This document shows, one piece after another, positions 27,392 through 35,594 of a stretch of DNA of 64,000 bases (its first letter is position 1; each line of letters begins with the position of its first letter). The DNA is from Candidatus Poribacteria bacterium (GTDB taxonomy: Bacteria; Poribacteria; WGA-4E; WGA-3G). The stretch spans positions 4,800,001 to 4,864,000 of the forward strand of contig OZ243938.1 of the NCBI GenBank assembly GCA_965214095.1. Direction: 5' to 3'. The notes under the pieces were generated by a model. It was not told where the DNA came from and ran no database searches. It worked only from the letters and a program-made list of their open reading frames with translations. The position numbers and the translations under genes are program-made.

Positions 27392-29917
27392 CTATTTTCG
27401 TATGACCATTCGGCGTGTTGCTGTAAAATTCCCAGCAGTTAGTGTATAGAAATAGATGCCGCTTGCGACAGGTTCACCATGTTCATTGTTCCCGTCCCAA
27501 TATGCAGCGCGACTACGATTCTGGTATATCCCAGGGGATTGTTTACCCAATGCTATTGTCCGAATCAACTGTCCATCAGCAGAATAGATGTGTAATGTTA
27601 CATCCGTATGCACCGCCAACTGATACGGTATCCAAGTTTCAGGATTGAATGGATTTGGATAGTTAGCCAAAAGCAATGTCTTATCTGGACTCATCGCAGC
27701 TAATAGTTGCTTAAGAACTGCAATACCTATCTGGAATTTCGGTATATTCCTGTTGAGATGTTGTGCTTGAATTAACCATTGTTCAACTACTGCAGCATCT
27801 AATACTCTATCTGAATTAGTATAATTAGATGGTGCTGCATTCTCATTAGCAAGTGCAGCAGCAACTAATAGGATATCCGCGATATTGATAACGCCATCCC
27901 CATTGACATCAGCTGTATTGGAATTTCCGACTCGTCCAAATTGGGATGCAACAAAAATCAAGTCCTGAAGATTTATAATGCCATCACGATTCGCATCTTC
28001 AGCTATTTCTTGTGTTTCAACATCTTCACCAATTAACTGATTGTAATCCCAAAACAGAATAGTTCCATCTCTACTCCCACTTATTAGAGTTCTACCATCA
28101 GGACTAAAGTCAACTACGCCACCTCCATAAGTATGTGCTGTGATATTTGTAATCAATTCCGCATTAGTAACATCCCATATCTGTATGATCGAATCCTCCC
28201 AATTTCCACAGCTGACAAGTGTCTTCCCATCAATGCTAAATGTAAGTTCGTGTACCCCTTCAGTATGATTCGTCTGAATTACCTTCGCCTGCCCAGTTGC
28301 CATATCCCTTATGATAATCGTCCTATCATCACTTCCACTTGCAACAATACTGTCATCAGGACTTAATGCAATGGAATTGATTTTATCTGTATGTCCGGCG
28401 AAAGTTTCTAAATTTGTTCGGGAAGTAAAATCCCATAAACGTACTGTGCCATCATAACTACCACTAACAAGTGTGGGACTATCTCTAAAGAATGCAATTG
28501 AAGTTACCTCGTCAGTATGTCCTTTAAGCGCGTCTATATAGGTTCGTCCTTTATACCAAAAATGTATTGTATTGTCACAATGTCCAGATGCAATGTATTG
28601 TCCATCCGGACTAAAGGCAACTGAGGTATATCCGTCTGATGAAGTAGATGTACATCCCTGTCCATGTCCATGTCCAAACCACTGATAAATGGTCGTTATT
28701 TGTGTTTTGTTTGAAATATCCCAAAGGTGAATTGCCCCATAATCTATACTGGCAAGTGTGTTCCCATCGGGGCTGAAAACTAAATTAGTATGATGTGAGA
28801 GCCATCCACGTCCATATATCATCTGCTTGTATTCACCTGTGTTAGGATCCCACAAGTGGATGTTATCCCAATTTGAAGTGGCGAGGATATTACCGTTTGG
28901 ACCGATTGCTAAGCTTACAACCCCCTTTGTATGTCCAGAAATCGTTAACTTACGATCACCACTTGCTACATCCCACAGATACAGTTCATTACTCCCACCA
29001 CTTGCCAACGTTTTACCATCTGGACTAAATGCAATAGAAAAGAATCCCCACTGATGTTCACCAAATTTAGCAAGATGATTCCCTGTTTCCATGTCCCAAG
29101 AATGTAATCCTTCTTGACCACCAGTTACAAGTTTGTTTCCATCTGGACTTACAGCAAGTTTATGGAAGTCTGGAGTCCTGAAATTGAGGGTTCTTTTCCC
29201 AGCAGCAATATCCCAAAATTGGATAGAGTTTTCACTTCCACTTATAATTGTATTGCTGTCGGGAGTGAATACAAGCTCGCTAATATTGTACGCAAATCTG
29301 GACAATGTGGTTATATGTGAACCTGTAGCTACATCCCATAATTGAAAAACACAATCTTTTGAATCTTTACTAATGCTCGCAAGTTTTGTTCCATCTGGAC
29401 TCAAGACTACATCATATATCCAATCTGTTTCTAAATCAATAGAGGTCCTTAGCTCACCTGTGGTGAGATCCCACACACGTATTTCACTACCAATGTCACT
29501 TGCAAGTATATTCTCTTCAAGATTAAATCGCACATAATAGATATCAGAATTATCTCCTTGTAAAGTTGTTATGACACTACGATCTGATAAATTTCGGACA
29601 TTAACTGTATGGTCTACAGTTCTTTCTACATACATCCGTGCATCTGGACTTACGCCAATTATATTATTTGGATTCACTGGTATTAGATCCAGTTCCACAC
29701 CAGAATGTGCGTCATATATCCAATAACCAATGCTACCACCAACAATTAGTCGATTGCCATCATGTGAAAACCGTAAACTACCCACACCTCCCTTGCCAAT
29801 ACGTAACTTTGCACCTTCAGGCAAACTCCAGTTAGAATAATCTTCAGCAAAGGCACTTGAGGGAAGAAAAACAAGAATGGAAATACATAATGCGATTGAC
29901 AGTTGTAATGTTCTCAT
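27392..29917 (-). CDS. secreted WD40 + dockerin + C-terminal domain protein (type B)
   Basis: same architecture; DANRDGIINLQDL/DVNGDGVINIADI. Confidence 0.92.
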   Translation of the reverse strand: MRTLQLSIALCISILVFLPSSAFAEDYSNWSLPEGAKLRIGKGGVGSLRFSHDGNRLIVGGSIGYWIYDAHSGVELDLIPVNPNNIIGVSPDARMYVERTVDHTVNVRNLSDRSVITTLQGDNSDIYYVRFNLEENILASDIGSEIRVWDLTTGELRTSIDLETDWIYDVVLSPDGTKLASISKDSKDCVFQLWDVATGSHITTLSRFAYNISELVFTPDSNTIISGSENSIQFWDIAAGKRTLNFRTPDFHKLAVSPDGNKLVTGGQEGLHSWDMETGNHLAKFGEHQWGFFSIAFSPDGKTLASGGSNELYLWDVASGDRKLTISGHTKGVVSLAIGPNGNILATSNWDNIHLWDPNTGEYKQMIYGRGWLSHHTNLVFSPDGNTLASIDYGAIHLWDISNKTQITTIYQWFGHGHGQGCTSTSSDGYTSVAFSPDGQYIASGHCDNTIHFWYKGRTYIDALKGHTDEVTSIAFFRDSPTLVSGSYDGTVRLWDFTSRTNLETFAGHTDKINSIALSPDDSIVASGSDDRTIIIRDMATGQAKVIQTNHTEGVHELTFSIDGKTLVSCGNWEDSIIQIWDVTNAELITNITAHTYGGGVVDFSPDGRTLISGSRDGTILFWDYNQLIGEDVETQEIAEDANRDGIINLQDLIFVASQFGRVGNSNTADVNGDGVINIADILLVAAALANENAAPSNYTNSDRVLDAAVVEQWLIQAQHLNRNIPKFQIGIAVLKQLLAAMSPDKTLLLANYPNPFNPETWIPYQLAVHTDVTLHIYSADGQLIRTIALGKQSPGIYQNRSRAAYWDGNNEHGEPVASGIYFYTLTAGNFTATRRMVIRK

Positions 29918-29928
29918 AGCTATGTCTC

Positions 29929-32490
29929 CTATTTCCGTATCAACATTTTACGCGTTGCAGAATACTGACCGGCACTTAGCGTATAGAAATAAACGCCGCT
30001 CGCGACAGGTTCACCTATATCATTTTTGCCATCCCAATATGCCGCCTGCCCCTTGATTTGATACAGTCCAGCAGACCGTTCTCCAATATCTAAAGTCCGT
30101 ATCAACTGTCCTTCAGAAGAATATATCTCTATTGATACAGCCGATGACTCTGATAACTGATACGGGATCCAGGTTTCTGGATTGAATGGGTTTGGGTAAT
30201 TTGGAAGAAGTAATGTCTCTCTTGGGGTTATGGCTAATAGCATCTGTTCAAGAATGTGAATTCCTCTTCGAGATATTACATCCGTTGGGTTCAATTGTTG
30301 TGCTTGCCTCAACCAGTCTTGCAAATCGGCTTTGGTAGGTGATATGTAATAATCCCGGTTTGTTTCTATAGGAGCAGCTGCTACTTCATCCATAGCCCCC
30401 GCAACTATCAATAGATCCGCAATATCAACGATACCATCACCATTCACATCTGCTGCGTTAAAACCTGTTTGTCCAAAGTTACTTGCAACAAATACCAAAT
30501 CGGTAATGTCAACAACACCGTCACCATTCACATCAGCGTTATTTCTGTTTGGATTGATTATTGAATGATAGTTCCATATTAATATTGTTCCCCATTCGTC
30601 TAATGTTGCAAATGTGCTGCCATCTGGACTGAATTTGATTTGATGCACACCGTTGGGAATACCATGAATAGTCATTTTTTCCTTACCACTGACCACATCC
30701 CAAAATTTGATTGTTCTATCACCATCATTCCCAGTAGTGATGAGTGTTCTGCTATCTGGACCAAACACTGCATTGATTTGAGGATATCTACCAACATGTC
30801 CAGTGGCGATTGTCTTTATATCACCTGAATGAACATTCAATAAATGCACTTCATCACCACTACCACCCTTAACAATTGTTTGTCCATCTGGACTGTAGAC
30901 GACGTAGCTGTATGTCTGCCAGTAGGTAGTAAATGTCTTGATTAACCGTCTTGTTGCAATATCAAATAGATGTACTTCTGATTGATTACTCAATGCCAGA
31001 GTACTCCCATCTGGACTGAAAGCAACTCTAAAATTATCGTTCTGCTCGCCAGTTACCGTCCACAAAGAGTTACCAGTTGTAGTATCCCACAAAATGAATT
31101 TTGAACGGTCAGTACTTGCCAGTTTGTTATCTATCGGACTGAAGGTAAGACTCCCACCATAATCTCTGTGTCCAATAATAATTGACTTTTGTCTGCCAGT
31201 TTTTGCATCCCATAGCCTTATTGTATTATCACCATAATCCCATGCCCTATCAAAAGAGGTGCTTCCACTACTTGCTATCGTCAGTCCATCCCAACTGAAC
31301 GCTACAGAAACGACTTGTCCTCTGTGTCCGCGAAGTGTTGATACATTTCGTCCAGAAAAAATGTCCCATATACGAACAGTTGTATCCGAACAACCAGTAA
31401 CGATCTTCTTGCCATCAGGACTAAATGCTATACCAGCACCCCATGCAGTGTGTTCAGTAATGGTAGTTCTTTCCTTAAGACTCTCGGCATCCCACAAAAT
31501 CACAGTACCATCATAACTTGCACTTGCCAGAGTACGTCCATCAGGACTGAATTCAACACTGTTTATGGCATGTCTATGGGCAATCAAAGTTGTTTTATAT
31601 GTCCCACTGTCAACATCCCATAGACATACCGTATTATCATAACTACCACTTGAAAGTGACTTTCCATCAGCACTAAAGGAAACACTATTGACACTCTCAA
31701 CATGTCCCCTGAGAGTTGATTGCAGTGTCAATGAAGCAACATCCCAAATCTTAACTGTAGTGTCACCATAATCCCACCAACCTTGACAACTTGCGATTTT
31801 ACTTCCGTCTAGACTAAAGGCAATATCTTGAACACCCCATATCGCAGATTCTTCACTTGTTGTCAGAGTAGCTTCCAGTTCTCCGTTAGAGGAATTCCAA
31901 AATTTAATTATTGCAGTTTCATCATCTTCACCACCTGTTGCAAGTGTCTTGCCATCTGGACTGAAGACAATACAATTCACAGTATCGGTATGTGATTTAA
32001 TTGACCAAATCATTGCCCCTGTCGAGACATCCCATAACTTTGCAGTTTCGTCATATCCACCTGCAGTTACCAATGTTCTCCCATCAGGACTGAATGCAAC
32101 ATCTTCTATGTCTCCCGCATGTGCAGATATAGCAAGTTGGAGGTTTCCAGTGTCAACATCCCACAAATAGAATTCAGATTCGCTACTACATGCAACCGTT
32201 TTACCATCAGGACTAATTGCAACACTTGTAATGGGACCCGCATGATTAGTGAATAAATTGACTGCTTCACCTGTATATCCATCATATAACCATACACCGA
32301 TAGAACTTGCAACCGCAAGGAGAGAACTATCTTGAGAGAAAGAGATATTACCATAAATCGTTCCCTTACCTAAACGTTTTATCGCTCCTTCCGGTAAACT
32401 CCATTGTGAGTAATCTGCTGAAGTTGCATGATGCAAAAAGCACGTTATTGTGAGGAGGAATAAGAAAAAGGTTGACCGTAATGTTTTCAT
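29929..32490 (-). CDS. secreted WD40 + dockerin + C-terminal domain protein (type A)
   Basis: same architecture; colinear with the 24832-27381 protein. Confidence 0.92.
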   Translation of the reverse strand: MKTLRSTFFLFLLTITCFLHHATSADYSQWSLPEGAIKRLGKGTIYGNISFSQDSSLLAVASSIGVWLYDGYTGEAVNLFTNHAGPITSVAISPDGKTVACSSESEFYLWDVDTGNLQLAISAHAGDIEDVAFSPDGRTLVTAGGYDETAKLWDVSTGAMIWSIKSHTDTVNCIVFSPDGKTLATGGEDDETAIIKFWNSSNGELEATLTTSEESAIWGVQDIAFSLDGSKIASCQGWWDYGDTTVKIWDVASLTLQSTLRGHVESVNSVSFSADGKSLSSGSYDNTVCLWDVDSGTYKTTLIAHRHAINSVEFSPDGRTLASASYDGTVILWDAESLKERTTITEHTAWGAGIAFSPDGKKIVTGCSDTTVRIWDIFSGRNVSTLRGHRGQVVSVAFSWDGLTIASSGSTSFDRAWDYGDNTIRLWDAKTGRQKSIIIGHRDYGGSLTFSPIDNKLASTDRSKFILWDTTTGNSLWTVTGEQNDNFRVAFSPDGSTLALSNQSEVHLFDIATRRLIKTFTTYWQTYSYVVYSPDGQTIVKGGSGDEVHLLNVHSGDIKTIATGHVGRYPQINAVFGPDSRTLITTGNDGDRTIKFWDVVSGKEKMTIHGIPNGVHQIKFSPDGSTFATLDEWGTILIWNYHSIINPNRNNADVNGDGVVDITDLVFVASNFGQTGFNAADVNGDGIVDIADLLIVAGAMDEVAAAPIETNRDYYISPTKADLQDWLRQAQQLNPTDVISRRGIHILEQMLLAITPRETLLLPNYPNPFNPETWIPYQLSESSAVSIEIYSSEGQLIRTLDIGERSAGLYQIKGQAAYWDGKNDIGEPVASGVYFYTLSAGQYSATRKMLIRK

Positions 32491-32501
32491 GATTATATCT
32501 C

Positions 32502-35024
32502 CTATTTGCGGATTACCATTCGTCGTGTTTCTGTTAAACTACCTACTGTGAGTGTGTAATAATAGATACCACTTGCAACAGGTTCTCCAATTTCATTCTT
32601 ACCATCCCAATGTGCCGCTCTGTCAGGATTGTTATATATTCCTGCAATCTTATGACCTAATTGCAGTGTCCTAATCAACTGTCCGTTAGATGCATGAATA
32701 TAGATGTTAACTTCTGCATCTTTTGCCAACTGATAGGGCATCCATGTCTCTGGGTTAAATGGGTTTGGATAGTTAGGTAATAGTGCAGTTTCTTCTGGCA
32801 ACAACAATGTCAGTAGATGTTCAAGAACAGTCCTTCCTCTTTTATAGACAGGTAAATGACTGTTCACTTGAGAAGCATCTTTGAGCCATTGTCGCACATC
32901 AGAAGAAGAGAGTGATCGGATGGATGCTGCATATCTTGATGGGGCTCCATTATCACTTGCAAGTGCTGCAGCAACTAACAAAATATCCGCGACATCAATA
33001 ACACCATCAACGTTTACATCTGCTGGATTCCCTTCTCCTGATTGACCGAATTGGGTTGCGACAAGAATTAAATCTTCTATAGTTACAACACCATCACGGT
33101 TCACATCTTCAACACGATGTGTGATTAAATCTCCAATGTCAACAAATGAAGTTAAATCCCATATAAGTGCTGTTCCATCAGCACTACCGCTTACAAATGT
33201 CTTGCCATCAGGGGCAAAGTCTACATTAATGTTTCCTATTGAATGACCTGTAAGTGTAGTTATTTCCTCACCCGTATTCACATTCCAAAGACGGACTGTG
33301 GAGTCATCCCATCCTGCACCACTGACGAGTACCTGGCCATCCAGACTAAATGCAACACTTTTGACTTCATCAGTATGTCCAGTCAAAGTATATTTTTGAT
33401 TACCACTCTGAACATCCCATACTATCAATGACTTATCTTTACTTCCACTTGCAATATGTCGTGCATCCGGACTCAAATCTACACTGATTACTGCATCTGA
33501 GTGTCCTTCAAAGGTTGCTAAATTTGTTTCATCAACTACATCCCATAGGCGCACCGTCTTATCATAACTGCCACTTGCCAGCAAACGACCACTGTTATCA
33601 AAAGCAATTGAAGTCACACTGTTAGAATGTCCGATAAGAGTCCCCTTCTGTGTGCGTCCCCCATACCATAAATGTATTGTGGCATTGCCATTTGCAGCTG
33701 CAAGCAATTGGTCATCAGGACTGAATGCAACTGAATGATATCCTGAACGCGTGCCTTGGATTCCCTCTCCATATCCACGGACAACTGTAATCGGAACACC
33801 TGTATTTACATCCCAAAGACTTACGCCTTCCCATAATGAAGATGCAAGTACGGTCCCATCCGGACTATAGTCTAAATATAAATTATATGAATAACGAGAC
33901 CCAAAGAAAGTCGTTTTTTGCTGTCCACTAACTGTATCCCGCAAATCGATTGTGAACCAACGTCCTATTGCAAGCGTGCTATTATCAGGACTGAATGTAA
34001 TATCATTCACTGCGGAAAAATGATCTGCTATTGCCAATTTACGTGCACCACTTTCAACATCCCATAAATTCAATTCACCATATCCCCCACTCGCAATAGT
34101 TCTACCATCCGGACTAAAAGCGATTGAAGTAACACCTAACACATGTCCACTAAATGCTGTTTTGAGTTCACCAGTAGTCAAATCCCAAAGAAATAAACCA
34201 TCAAAACTACTGCTTGCTACCGTTTTCCCATCGGGACTTATGACAATGCTCCTAAAAGATGGAATTCTAAAATTACCTTTTCTACTCCCAGTGGATATAT
34301 CCCATAGTTGGATGGAGGAACTACCAGTGCTTATAAGAGTATTTCCATCAGGAGCAAATAGCAGCTCACGCATATTTTGGGCGTACCTTGTTAATGTCGT
34401 TAAAGGTGAACCTGTGTTAACATCCCATAATTCCAGCAACCGACTATCCGACTCACTTCTAAGAATTGCAAGCATCGTACCATCTGGACTCAAAATAGCC
34501 CCTCTTGACCCGTCTACATCTATAACCAAAGATGTTTTCTGATCACCAGTAGTAAGATCCCATACACGAATTTCCTTATCAAAAATACCAGCAAGGGTTT
34601 CTCTGTCAGCACTGATAGTGAATCTACGAATTCCTTCTGTATCTCCCTTCATAGACACTATAGAATTACCATCTGTAATGTCTCGCAAATGTATCGTGTT
34701 GTCGGAATCCCAACCTATATACGTCAGATCGTTAGGACCCAAAATCATACCAGGGTTAAATCGGAAACTCTCCTGCCGATTTTCGCCAATAAAATCCAGT
34801 TCCATTCCTGTACTGAAATCATACATCCAAATTCCTATGTCTGTATCAACAACCAATTGACTATTGTCAGAAGTAAACTGTAAATCGTTGATGGCACCTT
34901 TTCCAATACGTAATTTTGCCCCTTCAGGCAACTCCCATCGCATATACTCTTGAGCAAATGTAATAGATGAAAAGAGATAAAATATCAGAAAGTGTATTAT
35001 TGTAAAAACTCTTATAGTTCTCAT
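32502..35024 (-). CDS. secreted WD40 + dockerin + C-terminal domain protein (type B)
   Basis: same architecture; colinear with the 27392-29917 protein. Confidence 0.92.
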   Translation of the reverse strand: MRTIRVFTIIHFLIFYLFSSITFAQEYMRWELPEGAKLRIGKGAINDLQFTSDNSQLVVDTDIGIWMYDFSTGMELDFIGENRQESFRFNPGMILGPNDLTYIGWDSDNTIHLRDITDGNSIVSMKGDTEGIRRFTISADRETLAGIFDKEIRVWDLTTGDQKTSLVIDVDGSRGAILSPDGTMLAILRSESDSRLLELWDVNTGSPLTTLTRYAQNMRELLFAPDGNTLISTGSSSIQLWDISTGSRKGNFRIPSFRSIVISPDGKTVASSSFDGLFLWDLTTGELKTAFSGHVLGVTSIAFSPDGRTIASGGYGELNLWDVESGARKLAIADHFSAVNDITFSPDNSTLAIGRWFTIDLRDTVSGQQKTTFFGSRYSYNLYLDYSPDGTVLASSLWEGVSLWDVNTGVPITVVRGYGEGIQGTRSGYHSVAFSPDDQLLAAANGNATIHLWYGGRTQKGTLIGHSNSVTSIAFDNSGRLLASGSYDKTVRLWDVVDETNLATFEGHSDAVISVDLSPDARHIASGSKDKSLIVWDVQSGNQKYTLTGHTDEVKSVAFSLDGQVLVSGAGWDDSTVRLWNVNTGEEITTLTGHSIGNINVDFAPDGKTFVSGSADGTALIWDLTSFVDIGDLITHRVEDVNRDGVVTIEDLILVATQFGQSGEGNPADVNVDGVIDVADILLVAAALASDNGAPSRYAASIRSLSSSDVRQWLKDASQVNSHLPVYKRGRTVLEHLLTLLLPEETALLPNYPNPFNPETWMPYQLAKDAEVNIYIHASNGQLIRTLQLGHKIAGIYNNPDRAAHWDGKNEIGEPVASGIYYYTLTVGSLTETRRMVIRK

Positions 35025-35083
35025 TTTCGCTCCTCTCTTCGAATGACCATCCGACGCGTTGCAGAATAGGTTCCTGCTGAGAG
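35021..35083 (-). pseudogene. 3' stump of a deleted WD40-dockerin paralog
   Basis: translates LSAGTYSATRRMVIRREERK*, matching paralog ends LSAGQYSATRKMLIRK / LTAGNFTATRRMVIRK; no in-frame start before the upstream stop. Confidence 0.8.
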
Positions 35084-35206
35084 TTTGTTAAAGTCAGGAC
35101 TATTCGTTCTAAGGATAACCCATTATAAAATAGTATTAGGAGTTAATATCCGTTCCCTGTCAAACTTAACAATTCAACATGAACCCTTACTCTTACATAA
35201 TGTTAT

Positions 35207-35222
35207 AGCAAATCTTATGCCA
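35207..35222 (-). promoter_or_regulatory. sigma-54 (-24/-12) promoter
   Basis: minus strand TGGCATAAGATTTGCT = GG-N10-GC in TGGCA...TTGCT consensus context, facing the WD40 array. Confidence 0.8.
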
Positions 35223-35387
35223 GTTGTCATATTGCTAATACGACTGCTAATTGGGCTGCTTCTCATTAACTGAAGACACACTTGTAATCACTCAATTCAT
35301 TGCCTCTCCTACATTCTTCCCGCAGTGTGAACCAATAACCGCATTCTGAAGTCTTATTCATCAGAATTGTATTAGAAATAGTCATCC

Positions 35388-35433
35388 TGCACCAAAATGT
35401 GCATACAATTAGCATGCTGCACAGATTAGTGCA
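35388..35433. promoter_or_regulatory. tandem palindromic enhancer-like sites (bEBP/NtrC-like)
   Basis: TGCACCAAAATGTGCA (35388-35403) and TGCACAGATTAGTGCA (35418-35433), both TGCAC-N6-GTGCA, 30 bp apart. Confidence 0.65.
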
Positions 35434-35594
35434 TTTAGAAGGAATAGAACTTGAGAATATTCTGGATTTTGCAAATAGGACAGGTTCATGCCAAAGTCAG
35501 AAGGGATGATGCAATAGAAGAGGCAGGAATGCGTAAAAAAAATGGACAATGCATGATCGGATTTTCATACATTGCCCATAGATTTGAGAATTAC

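Noticed and set aside
24834-30200. diversity-generating retroelement template/variable repeat pair
   Set aside because: No reverse transcriptase in the window, both copies are coding, and the mismatches do not appear restricted to adenines.
35478-35493. second sigma-54 promoter (minus strand TGGCATGAACCTGTCC)
   Set aside because: It lacks the GC at -12.
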